Below, in pieces: positions 17,835-26,834 of a DNA stretch of 64,000 nucleotides. A program made the translations under genes and the position numbers. Source of the stretch: Candidatus Microgenomates bacterium (GTDB lineage: Bacteria > Patescibacteriota > Microgenomatia > UBA8517); NCBI GenBank assembly GCA_016784385.1, contig JADHUT010000001.1, positions 20,547 to 84,546 on the forward strand, written 5' to 3'. The notes under the pieces were generated by a model. It ran no database searches, was not told the DNA's origin, and was given only the letters and a program-made list of their open reading frames with translations. The number at the start of each line of letters is the position of its first letter. Position 1 is the stretch's first letter.

Positions 17835-17920
17835 AAACTAACAACTTCAAATTCTCTCTCCAAAATAAAAAGAGGAAAAGGTGGGTTTGGAAGTACTGGT
17901 AAAAAGTAATTCCTCTTGAC
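17835..17920 (+). repeat. direct repeat copy 2 (86 bp); would encode KKLTTSNSLSKIKRGKGGFGSTGKK with no start
   Basis: 93% identical to 17055-17140; ends at the same ttcctcttgac boundary. Confidence 0.85.
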
Positions 17921-17951
17921 GGTTAGTGTTTAAATTGGTAAAAAACTCTCA

Positions 17952-19493
17952 GTGGAAAGACGAGTATTAACTGAACAAGAAGCTTGTCAGGATATTTTGA
18001 ACCAATACCTAAGTTTAGGTGAAAAATTTCAAAATTTTCCAACGGTAACTTTAAGATTAAATTCTCACACTCCCGATGGTGAGGTAATACAGGCAGAGTC
18101 AGTGGGCGCCTCAACAGCATATCAGTGTTATGCGGGAGGTGTTGCAAGGATGGTTAACCGAGATGATAAAAGATCTTTAAATATCGCACGAGATACACTC
18201 AATGCAGGACACCACACAACTAGAATGCACACACACTACACTTGGAAGATTGTTGGAGCAACGAGGTCTGTTACACACGATGTTTTTCATGCAACCCCTT
18301 TTTACAATTCAGAACAACAAAGTCAAAGATATGTAGAGGCAAGGGAGGGATTTTTTTTAGTTCCGAATGAGCTAACATCAGAACAAACAAATATTTACAA
18401 AGAAGCCGCGGACTTTGCTAATGGGTCATACTTTAGGCTGTTGGGAGATTTAAAACCTTTGGTAGAAGAAAGAGTAAGGGCCATGAATCCAGAAGGTGGA
18501 TGGAAAGTGGAAGGAACAAGATATAGACTTGGGGGCAAAATTGACAAACTAAGCCAAGAGATAGCAAGGTATGTTTTACCTTTAGCCCAGCATACTACAT
18601 ATGACCACACCCTAAACGAACTTCAATTATTAAGGCTTTTTCAAGCGAGTAACATGGAAGGATTTACTAATGAGGCGAAATATTTAATAGCATCGATGAT
18701 TGGTGAGGTTTCTAAGGTTGACCCATCAATTTTAAGAGAGTTGAGAACACCTGCAGATATTGATGAATCTGAAAATAAAGTAACTGACAAAATACAGATT
18801 GATAAATTGCTTGATGGAAAAATGTCTGCACTCCTTCAGTCTCCGGAAAATGTTGACAGAGAATTGTTAGGGAGGATGGCAAACAGTAGTTTGTTGGCAA
18901 ATGTTTTTGATGTGGGTATGTTTGATCCACAAGTTTCAAGAATGAGAGAGTTTAATTTTGCTTTTGCAACAAAACTATCTCATGCAGGAGATTCACAAAG
19001 ACAACGGCACAGAAGAACAGCCGCAGGGGTTATGCCTATTGGCCAAATTTATGACGGAGAGGCTGATTTTATAACACCCCTTGTCATCAAAGAAAATCTC
19101 CAAATAAATAGAAAATATGAAGAAATGGTGGTCAATATGTTTGAAAACGTCAAAAAGGCGCTAAATGCAGGTATCCCTAAAGAATTTGCATTACTTCTTT
19201 TACCTAACGCAATATCTGTTCGGACTATTGAGTCTGGAGATTTATTTGATTGGATACATAGATGGAAACAAAGACTTTGTTATCTAGCTCAAGAAGAAAT
19301 ATTTTTTGCTTCAGTGAATCAGGTGGAAGATGTGTTGAAAAAAATACCTGAACTTACTCCAGCTCTACAAGCTCCTTGTGGAATTCGGAAGATGCATGGA
19401 GTAAAACCAAGATGTCCAGAAGGCGAAAGATGGTGTGGAAAACCAGTTTTTAATTGGGAAATTGGAGAGTATTCTGAAAATAGACTAATATAA
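17952..19493 (+). CDS. thyX: tandem-duplicated ThyX-like protein (flavin-dependent thymidylate synthase family), divergent
   Basis: half 1 AGHHTTRMHTHYTW..YNSEQQSQRY..VLPLAQHTTY; half 2 QRQRHRRTAAG..LLLPNAISVRT..QEEI; each half resembles the ThyX core HETPFEH/RHR/YNELSGRY/VLPLNLYT. Confidence 0.55.
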   Translation: MERRVLTEQEACQDILNQYLSLGEKFQNFPTVTLRLNSHTPDGEVIQAESVGASTAYQCYAGGVARMVNRDDKRSLNIARDTLNAGHHTTRMHTHYTWKIVGATRSVTHDVFHATPFYNSEQQSQRYVEAREGFFLVPNELTSEQTNIYKEAADFANGSYFRLLGDLKPLVEERVRAMNPEGGWKVEGTRYRLGGKIDKLSQEIARYVLPLAQHTTYDHTLNELQLLRLFQASNMEGFTNEAKYLIASMIGEVSKVDPSILRELRTPADIDESENKVTDKIQIDKLLDGKMSALLQSPENVDRELLGRMANSSLLANVFDVGMFDPQVSRMREFNFAFATKLSHAGDSQRQRHRRTAAGVMPIGQIYDGEADFITPLVIKENLQINRKYEEMVVNMFENVKKALNAGIPKEFALLLLPNAISVRTIESGDLFDWIHRWKQRLCYLAQEEIFFASVNQVEDVLKKIPELTPALQAPCGIRKMHGVKPRCPEGERWCGKPVFNWEIGEYSENRLI

Positions 19494-19611
19494 TTTTTTT
19501 AAAATTTTAGTAACAAAAAAAGAAGGATTTGAAAATACTGGTAAAAGTTAATTGTCTACTTGCAATTTCTGTTTGAAAAGGTTATTTTTGTTTTTGCTCC
19601 TGCCCGAGTAT

Positions 19612-20268
19612 ATGGAAAGAAATTCTGGATATTTTATAACACTTGAAGGGGGGGAAGGTTGTGGTAAAACTTCTCACGTACCTGGCTTAGCTGATCGTCT
19701 TCGTGAAAGAGATTTGGTTGTTTTTCCAACTCGCGAACCAGGTGGAACGTCTATTGGTGAGCAGATAAGAGAGGTTCTACATAATATGAAAAATAAGGAA
19801 ATGCATCCACGGACAGAAACTTTATTATTTCAAGCTGCCAGGGTACAATTTGTTGAAGAAGTCCTCAGACCAAAGATTGACTTGAGTGAGATTGTAATTT
19901 CAGACAGGTATGCTGATTCTACGCTAGCATATCAAGGATACGGGCATAGACAAGATGTTCAAGAACTTTTAGGGATTATTATTTATGCCACTGGTGGTTT
20001 AGTTCCAGATCTAACGGTTTTATTAGATGTAGATGTAGAAATTGGATTAGCCAGAAAACGGAGCTCAAGTGAATGGAACAGACTTGATGATTATCCCCCA
20101 GAATTTCACCACAGAGTTAATGAGGGGTATTTAGAAATGGCCAAAAAAGACCCAGATCGTTGGGTAGTCATAAATGCCAATGAAACAAAGGGTCGGGTGT
20201 TTGATAATTTGGTGGAAGTTGTCGAAACAAAACTAGAAAAAGCTGGAATTTTAAAAAGACAGAACTGA
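19612..20268 (+). CDS. tmk: thymidylate kinase
   Basis: ITLEGGEGCGKTS P-loop, DRY motif region; Met 19612 preferred over upstream TTG. Confidence 0.85.
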   Translation: MERNSGYFITLEGGEGCGKTSHVPGLADRLRERDLVVFPTREPGGTSIGEQIREVLHNMKNKEMHPRTETLLFQAARVQFVEEVLRPKIDLSEIVISDRYADSTLAYQGYGHRQDVQELLGIIIYATGGLVPDLTVLLDVDVEIGLARKRSSSEWNRLDDYPPEFHHRVNEGYLEMAKKDPDRWVVINANETKGRVFDNLVEVVETKLEKAGILKRQN

Positions 20269-20300
20269 CAACAAGGAGTGTAGTTGGTATAATTACACTC

Positions 20301-21536
20301 ATGGATAAAGTACAAGAACTCATAGACCAAGAAAAACAACGACAACAAGACACTCTCTGTTTGATTCCTTCTGAAAACTACGCTTCAAATAAAGTTATGG
20401 ATGCAGTTGGTTCAGTACTCATGAATAAATATTCAGAAGGGTACTCAAGTAAAAGATATTACCAAGGAAATGGTGTTGTGGATGAATTGGAAAGTTTAAC
20501 AATTAAAAAAGCCAAAAAACTTTTTGGTGTAGAACATGTCAATGTGCAACCATATTCTGGATCTCCTGCAAACTCAGCCGTACTTTTTGGTTTGTTGGAA
20601 CCAAATGACAAAATAATGGGATTATCCCTTTCTTCTGGTGGACATTTGACCCATGGTCATCCAAATATTACTTTTTCTGGTAAATTTTTTAAATCAGTTC
20701 AGTTTGGAACTGATGATGGTGGTGTAATTGATTATGGCGAAGTTGAAAAGCTAGCAAAAGAGGAAAAACCAAAACTTTTAATAATCGGAACTACTGCATA
20801 TCCACTAATTTTAGATTGGAAGAGATTGGGTGAAATTGCTGACCTGGTTGGTGCATATTTGGTAGCTGATATTTCTCATGTTGCAGGTTTGGTTGTAGCT
20901 GGAGTGTATGAAACCCCAGTGAATGATGCTCATGTAATTACAACAACAACACACAAAACTCTCAGAGGACCCCGTGGAGCCATGATAATGGTTACAAAAA
21001 AGGGTCTAAAAAAAGATCCTGAAATTTCAAAGAAAATTGACAGGGCAGTTTTTCCTGGAATGCAAGGAGGACCACACAATAACACCACAGCAGGAATCTT
21101 GCAGGCTTTAATTGAAGCGGAAAGTGAGGATTTCAAAAAGTATGGGCAACAGGTAGTTTTTAGTGAAAAAGTTTTGGCAAAAGAACTGGTTGGTGGTGGT
21201 CTGACATTGGTTACAGGGGGAACCCAGTGTCATTTGATGGTAATTGATCTGCGACCCCAAAAACTTTCTGGTTCAACTGTATCAGAAGCTTTGGAAGAGG
21301 TTGGTATTATTGTCAATAAAAATGCGGTACCAAATGATAGTGCACCTCCTTTCAACCCGTCGGGTATTAGGATTGGCACACCAGCATTAACTACTCGAGG
21401 AATGGGGGAGATTGAAATGAAAAAAATTGCATCATGGATATTGCAAGTTGTGGAAGCAGTAAAACTTCGAGACAAAACAGAATTAACAAAAATAAAAAAA
21501 GAGGTTGGTGAAATGTGTAAAAAATTCCCTCTATAG
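20301..21536 (+). CDS. glyA: serine hydroxymethyltransferase
   Basis: full-length SHMT, PLP region TTHKTLRGPRG. Confidence 0.95.
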   Translation: MDKVQELIDQEKQRQQDTLCLIPSENYASNKVMDAVGSVLMNKYSEGYSSKRYYQGNGVVDELESLTIKKAKKLFGVEHVNVQPYSGSPANSAVLFGLLEPNDKIMGLSLSSGGHLTHGHPNITFSGKFFKSVQFGTDDGGVIDYGEVEKLAKEEKPKLLIIGTTAYPLILDWKRLGEIADLVGAYLVADISHVAGLVVAGVYETPVNDAHVITTTTHKTLRGPRGAMIMVTKKGLKKDPEISKKIDRAVFPGMQGGPHNNTTAGILQALIEAESEDFKKYGQQVVFSEKVLAKELVGGGLTLVTGGTQCHLMVIDLRPQKLSGSTVSEALEEVGIIVNKNAVPNDSAPPFNPSGIRIGTPALTTRGMGEIEMKKIASWILQVVEAVKLRDKTELTKIKKEVGEMCKKFPL

Positions 21537-21546
21537 ACAATAATCA

Positions 21547-22344
21547 ATGACAAATATATTTGATGGAAAAAAGTTCGCGAGAAAAAAAGAGCTAGATTTA
21601 GAAAAAAAAGTACAAAAACTTCGTTCAAAAAAAATATTTCCACACTTTGCCTCTATTTTGATAGGATCAGATACAGCAAGCCTAATGTATATAAATATGA
21701 AAAAGAAAAGGGGGGAAAAGATTGGTATTGAAATGAGTGTTCACAAGTTTCCAAAAGCGACCAAAAGTGAAGATATTGTTGAGTTAATTAAATTATTAAA
21801 TGACGACAAACAAATTCATGGGATTATGATTCAACTTCCAATCCCATCACCTTTAGATAAACACACAGATGAATTTATTAAAATGATCGCTCCCAAAAAA
21901 GATGTGGATGGTCTTAAAGCTGATAGTTTATACATTCATCCAACCTCAAAAGCTATTTACGAAATATTGAAATTAGCCGAAAAAAAAGAAGAAAAAAGAT
22001 TTGTTACTGTTGCAGTAGTTGGCGCAACTGGCATGGTAGGGAATTCTCTCTCAAAAGTTTTGGGAAATCATGGATACAATACTATAAAATGTAATAGCAA
22101 AACTACAAATTTAAAAGATAAAACAAAAGTTGCTGATGTTGTGATTAGTGCGACTGGAAAATCTGGTTTAATCACAAAAGACTATATCAAAAATGAAGCA
22201 GTAGTAATTGACGTTGGTTCACCACAAGGAGATGTGAATTTTGAAGATGTAAAAGACAAAGTATCGTTCATGACACCAGTGCCAAATGGTGTTGGACCTG
22301 TTACAATTAGTTGTCTACTTGAAAATGTTGTAAATGCAATTTAG
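21547..22344 (+). CDS. folD: bifunctional methylene-THF dehydrogenase/methenyl-THF cyclohydrolase
   Basis: FolD family sequence, Rossmann VVGATGMVG. Confidence 0.85.
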   Translation: MTNIFDGKKFARKKELDLEKKVQKLRSKKIFPHFASILIGSDTASLMYINMKKKRGEKIGIEMSVHKFPKATKSEDIVELIKLLNDDKQIHGIMIQLPIPSPLDKHTDEFIKMIAPKKDVDGLKADSLYIHPTSKAIYEILKLAEKKEEKRFVTVAVVGATGMVGNSLSKVLGNHGYNTIKCNSKTTNLKDKTKVADVVISATGKSGLITKDYIKNEAVVIDVGSPQGDVNFEDVKDKVSFMTPVPNGVGPVTISCLLENVVNAI

Positions 22345-22390
22345 AAATTACTAAAACTCAAATAAGTATGGGTAAGAGAATAACTTTTAA

Positions 22391-22909
22391 ATGAGTAAAA
22401 GAAAAAAATCAATAACAAAACAAACTGTAGAAAGTTTTGTAAAAGACATAGCGTCAGGAAAGCCCACTCCAGGAGGTGGGGCAGTAGCAGCTTTCACCGG
22501 AGCCACAGCTGCAGCACTAGTTGAGATGGTGTGCACCTTAACTATTGGTAAAAAGGAATACGGTCGATTCGAAAACAAATTACAAAATATCCAAAAAAAT
22601 TCTTTGGAATACAGAAAAAAACTACTGAAACTCGCGGATGACGATGTGGCTGCATTTACTTCAGTAATGGAAGGGTACAGAAGTGGAGACAAAGAAAAAA
22701 TCAAAAGATCATTGAAAAGAGCAATGGAAGTATCCATGGAAGTTAAAAAGTTAGTTACTGAGTTGCAAAAAATGGCTATAACAGTATCTAAGTTTGGAAA
22801 TAAAAATGCAATCAGTGACGCTAAAACTGCAATTTATCTTTGTGGAGCTTCTGGAAAGTCAGCCTGGGAGAATGTGAAGATAAATAAGCAAGCTCTAAAA
22901 AATCTGTAA
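22391..22909 (+). CDS. cyclodeaminase/cyclohydrolase family protein (FtcD/FchA-like)
   Basis: KPTPGGGAVAAFTGATAAALVEM signature of formimino-THF cyclodeaminase domain. Confidence 0.65.
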   Translation: MSKRKKSITKQTVESFVKDIASGKPTPGGGAVAAFTGATAAALVEMVCTLTIGKKEYGRFENKLQNIQKNSLEYRKKLLKLADDDVAAFTSVMEGYRSGDKEKIKRSLKRAMEVSMEVKKLVTELQKMAITVSKFGNKNAISDAKTAIYLCGASGKSAWENVKINKQALKNL

Positions 22910-22915
22910 ACAGTA

Positions 22916-23125
22916 TCAAACTCCTTTTTTCACCCACTCATCTCTTCTTATGGAATTTTGCAAATTATTGAGTCTGTATTCGTTGGCTTTCTTTGGATCG
23001 GTGTGTATATTGGCTATTGCTCTTGTGGTTTCTGTGAGGAGATTTAAATATTTACCAACTTTAATGTCGCCTTTTATGCCTTTTACTTCACCAATTGCGT
23101 TGCCCGGGTCAATATCAACTCCCAT
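22916..23125 (-). CDS. hypothetical protein (69 aa)
   Basis: ORF only. Confidence 0.25.
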   Translation of the reverse strand: MGVDIDPGNAIGEVKGIKGDIKVGKYLNLLTETTRAIANIHTDPKKANEYRLNNLQNSIRRDEWVKKGV

Positions 23126-23252
23126 ACGGAATAATTATAAAGACAACTTGTATTTTTTTCAACTTTTATGTAAAATACTTCTTAAAGCACGCAGATTTAG
23201 TTTCCTGGTACTTACAGAATCTGTGGAAGGACAAGGAAACAATTAATTTCAA

Positions 23253-24065
23253 ATGTCTACTAAAAAAACAAAAGTTGTAAAAAAGATTGTTAAAAAATCT
23301 ACTCCTAAAAAAGTGGTGAGCAAATCTGTTTCTAAAAAGACGGAAAAGAAGGTTGTTGTCAAAAAAGCTGTAAAGGCACCCAAACCTCCAAAAAAAACTT
23401 CAGAAGTTTCATTGGAGGCACTTCTTGAGTCAGGAGCTCATTTTGGTCATCAAGTAAGACGGTGGAATCCTAAAGTTAGAGATTATGTATATGGAGCTCA
23501 AGATGGGGTACACATTTTTGATCTTGTTAAAACCAAAGCTGCATTAGAAGAAGCTTTGAATGAAATTAAAAAAGCAAAGGCCTCTGGAAAGTCAATACTT
23601 CTTCTTGGCACTAAAAAACAAATAAAAGAAAAGGTTGCAGAAGTGGCAATATCAAGTGGTGTTTCATATGTAAATGAAAGATGGTTGGGGGGAACTATTA
23701 CAAATTTCGATCAAATCAAAAAATCTATTGCCAAACTAGATGACTTAAAAACAAACATGGCAAGTGGGGGGTTTGCTAAATACACTAAAAAAGAAAGAGT
23801 ATTGATAGAAAGAGAGATTGCAAGATTAGAGCGCTTCTTCGGAGGAATTTCAACTCTTAAAGAAAAACCAGACATGATAATTGTAGTTGACATCAGAAGA
23901 GAGGCTACTGCAATAAGAGAAGCTAAGAGGAAAGGTGTAGCAACTGTAGGAATAGTTGATACAAATGCAGATCCAGATGATGTAGATTTTCCAATTCCAA
24001 TGAATGATGATGCAACAAAAGCACTAGTCTACGTCCTTGATCTTATTGGAGAAGTTTTGAAATAA
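23253..24065 (+). CDS. rpsB: 30S ribosomal protein S2 with about 55-aa lysine-rich N-terminal extension
   Basis: S2 core begins LLESGAHFGHQVRRWNPK; preceded by KKTKVVKKIVKK... tail. Confidence 0.9.
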   Translation: MSTKKTKVVKKIVKKSTPKKVVSKSVSKKTEKKVVVKKAVKAPKPPKKTSEVSLEALLESGAHFGHQVRRWNPKVRDYVYGAQDGVHIFDLVKTKAALEEALNEIKKAKASGKSILLLGTKKQIKEKVAEVAISSGVSYVNERWLGGTITNFDQIKKSIAKLDDLKTNMASGGFAKYTKKERVLIEREIARLERFFGGISTLKEKPDMIIVVDIRREATAIREAKRKGVATVGIVDTNADPDDVDFPIPMNDDATKALVYVLDLIGEVLK

Positions 24066-24086
24066 ATAAATATACAATAAAATAAT

Positions 24087-24539
24087 ATGGCAAAAATAGA
24101 CACAAAACAAATCAAAAAGTTAAGAGAAGAAACTGGAGCCGGTGTTATGAGAGCAAAGGAAGTTTTAGTTGAAACTAAGGGTAATTACAAAAAAGCTGCA
24201 GATATATTAAAAAAAGAAGGATTTGAGAAAATGGCAAAGAGAGCGGGTCGAGAAACAACGGAGGGAAGAGTATTTACATATGAGCACCATACTGGAAAAG
24301 TTGGAGTATTAGTAGAACTTTTTAGTGAAACTGATTTTGTTGCAAAAAACAAACTTTTTCAAAATTTAGGCAAAGACATCGCCCTACAAGTTGCTTCAAT
24401 GGGAGACAAAAAAGTTGAAAGCCAAGATTATATCAAAGACCCAAGCAAAAAAATCTCCGACGTAATCAAAGAAGTAATAATCAAAACTGGTGAGAATATT
24501 AAATTAGGTAAGGTTGTCAGAGTAGAGCTGGGAAAGTAA
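24087..24539 (+). CDS. tsf: elongation factor Ts (short form)
   Basis: UBA-like N-term IKKLREETGAGVMRAKEVL; EF-Ts core. Confidence 0.85.
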   Translation: MAKIDTKQIKKLREETGAGVMRAKEVLVETKGNYKKAADILKKEGFEKMAKRAGRETTEGRVFTYEHHTGKVGVLVELFSETDFVAKNKLFQNLGKDIALQVASMGDKKVESQDYIKDPSKKISDVIKEVIIKTGENIKLGKVVRVELGK

Positions 24540-24540
24540 C

Positions 24541-24777
24541 ATGGCTGCAGTTGAAGCGAGAATAGTTGTATCTGACAGCACGGCAGAAGAAAAAATTACC
24601 AAAGAAGGTGCTAATTGGGTATTTGGATGTGATAACGACCCATATCCGTTGGTGGAGGGCCTTGCACGTACCAGTGGTACAGTTTATTGTAAAATTTTGG
24701 GGAAAAGATCATTTTTGATAAACGGAATATGTATAAAGAGTTCCTGTTCAAATCATTCTAGTAATAGTAGTATATAA
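24541..24777 (+). CDS. hypothetical Cys-containing small protein (78 aa) in the position normally held by pyrH
   Basis: start 2 nt after tsf stop; no UMP-kinase similarity. Confidence 0.3.
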   Translation: MAAVEARIVVSDSTAEEKITKEGANWVFGCDNDPYPLVEGLARTSGTVYCKILGKRSFLINGICIKSSCSNHSSNSSI

Positions 24778-24789
24778 TTTGTTTACAGT

Positions 24790-25356
24790 TTGAAACAAAA
24801 AATGGATGAAACTTCACTAAATGCAAAATTTCAAAAAGTAGTTGACATCGTTTCAACAGACATTAGTTCTATCCGAACTGGTCGTGCAACACCGTCGTTG
24901 GTTGAAAATATTGTAATTCCTGCATATGGAGGAACACAGAATATGAAGGTTTTAGAAGTTGCTTCCATTACGACACCTGACCCAACCACACTAGTTATTT
25001 CTCCTTGGGACAAATCAATTATTGGAGACATTAAAAAAGGAATATTGGAAGCAAATGTGGGACTTAACCCAAACATTGATGGGGAAATAATCAGAATCAC
25101 AGTTGCAAGCTTGACCACAGAAGACAGAGAAAAATATGTAAAACTACTTTCTCAAAAGATTGAAAGTGGAAAAGTAATGATGAGGCAAGTGCGTGGAGAT
25201 CAAATGCAGTCTATAAAGAAAAGTTTTGAGGATAAAAGTATTACAGAAGATGAAAAGTTTGATCAAGAAAAAAGTTTGCAAGAAACAGTGGATAAATTTG
25301 TTAAAATTTTGGAAGAAAAAGGTGAAGCCAAAAAAACTGAACTACTCCAAATTTAA
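24790..25356 (+). CDS. frr: ribosome recycling factor
   Basis: RRF family sequence (RTGRATPSLVENI, ITVASLTTEDREKYVK). Confidence 0.9.
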   Translation: MKQKMDETSLNAKFQKVVDIVSTDISSIRTGRATPSLVENIVIPAYGGTQNMKVLEVASITTPDPTTLVISPWDKSIIGDIKKGILEANVGLNPNIDGEIIRITVASLTTEDREKYVKLLSQKIESGKVMMRQVRGDQMQSIKKSFEDKSITEDEKFDQEKSLQETVDKFVKILEEKGEAKKTELLQI

Positions 25357-25649
25357 GCAAACTCAATTTCTGGTAAATGAAGATGTGTCTCTATTCTGCG
25401 AACCTTTTTGAGTGTTTTTATGTCTTCTTTATCAAGCGTATTTGAAACAATTTTGAGATATTTTTGTATTTTTTTTGTAACAATCTCTATATTTTTGAGC
25501 CTACTTTTTACTTCTCGCAATTCATTAGCAACACGCATACCAGCCATGGTTATGTCTCCACCTATTTCAGTTTTAATGTTTTCGTTATCTGTCCCAACTT
25601 CTTCTCGTATGATTTCTCGTAGTTTCTTCAAATCTACTTTAGTTAACAT
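25353..25649 (-). CDS. hypothetical coiled-coil protein (98 aa)
   Basis: ORF only. Confidence 0.35.
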   Translation of the reverse strand: MLTKVDLKKLREIIREEVGTDNENIKTEIGGDITMAGMRVANELREVKSRLKNIEIVTKKIQKYLKIVSNTLDKEDIKTLKKVRRIETHLHLPEIEFA

Positions 25650-25720
25650 AACTTAATATTATATTGTGAACATTTTTTGTCAATTGGATTGATTGTTTTT
25701 TTCCCGTATACTCATTTCAT

Positions 25721-26821
25721 ATGTTTGGATCAATTGTAGTTTTTATTCTTCTTCTTTCAACTTTAATTTTGGTTCATGAACTAGGACACTTCTGGGTTGC
25801 AAAGAAAAATGGTATTTGGGTTGAAGAGTTTGGTTTTGGACTTCCACCCAGAATAATTGGTAAAAAAGTGGGGGATACTATCTATTCACTTAACCTACTA
25901 CCCTTTGGTGGTTTTGTCAGGCTTCATGGAGAGTTAACCGCTGATGGAGTAACTAAACCCAAAAGGGCATTTATTAATAAATCAAAAAAAGTAAAAACTG
26001 CAGTAATAGTTGCTGGAGTCATAATGAATTTTTTGTTGGCAGTTGTTGCATTTGCGATTGTCTACTCAACAGCAGGAATTCCAAAAGAGACCAATAAAGT
26101 ACAAGTAATGGACGTTAATCCTGGTTCACCTGCACAAGTGGCAGGACTAATCCAAGGTGATGTAATAACCAAAGTAAAAGACATAGAAATCAGCTCAACT
26201 ACAGGCTTTATTAATGAAATAAATGCCAATTTGGGTAAAAGAACTGTCTTGGAAGTTGTTTCTGGGGAAGAGACCAAAAAAGTAACCATCAAACCAAGAG
26301 TGGACCACCCCGAGGATGAGGGGCCACTGGGAGTTGTTATCTCTTCAGTTGAAATTTACTACCCACCAGTATGGCAAAGACCTTTCTATGGAATATATTT
26401 TGGGTTTAAAGAAGCTCTCTTTTGGGGTGGAAATATCATTGTTGGTTTTTCCTCAATTTTTAAAGATTTGTTTTCAGGTCATGCCCCACAAGACATTGCA
26501 GGACCAGTTGGAATATTTGCAATTACCTCAGAAGCTGCAAAAACTGGCATTATGTCACTACTCAATCTGTTGGGGATCATCTCTGTTAACTTGGCAATTT
26601 TAAATATTATTCCATTCCCCGCACTTGATGGTGGAAGACTTTTGTTTATTTTGATTGAAGGAGTCGTTGGTAGGAAAGTACTACCAAAAGCGGAAGCAGT
26701 AATCCATGCTGTTGGAATGATCGTGTTGATAGGACTGTTGTTGGCAATTACGATTCATGACATTCAAAGATTGGTAGCTGCTGGTTCATTATCTGGATTT
26801 TTAGAATCTGTAATTAAATAG
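25721..26821 (+). CDS. rseP: RIP metalloprotease RseP (M50 site-2 protease with PDZ)
   Basis: HELGHF HExxH in first TM, PDZ region, LDGG motif. Confidence 0.85.
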   Translation: MFGSIVVFILLLSTLILVHELGHFWVAKKNGIWVEEFGFGLPPRIIGKKVGDTIYSLNLLPFGGFVRLHGELTADGVTKPKRAFINKSKKVKTAVIVAGVIMNFLLAVVAFAIVYSTAGIPKETNKVQVMDVNPGSPAQVAGLIQGDVITKVKDIEISSTTGFINEINANLGKRTVLEVVSGEETKKVTIKPRVDHPEDEGPLGVVISSVEIYYPPVWQRPFYGIYFGFKEALFWGGNIIVGFSSIFKDLFSGHAPQDIAGPVGIFAITSEAAKTGIMSLLNLLGIISVNLAILNIIPFPALDGGRLLFILIEGVVGRKVLPKAEAVIHAVGMIVLIGLLLAITIHDIQRLVAAGSLSGFLESVIK

Positions 26822-26834
26822 TACAATATCATTC

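Noticed and set aside
24541-24777. pyrH remnant
   Set aside because: No similarity to UMP kinase motifs.
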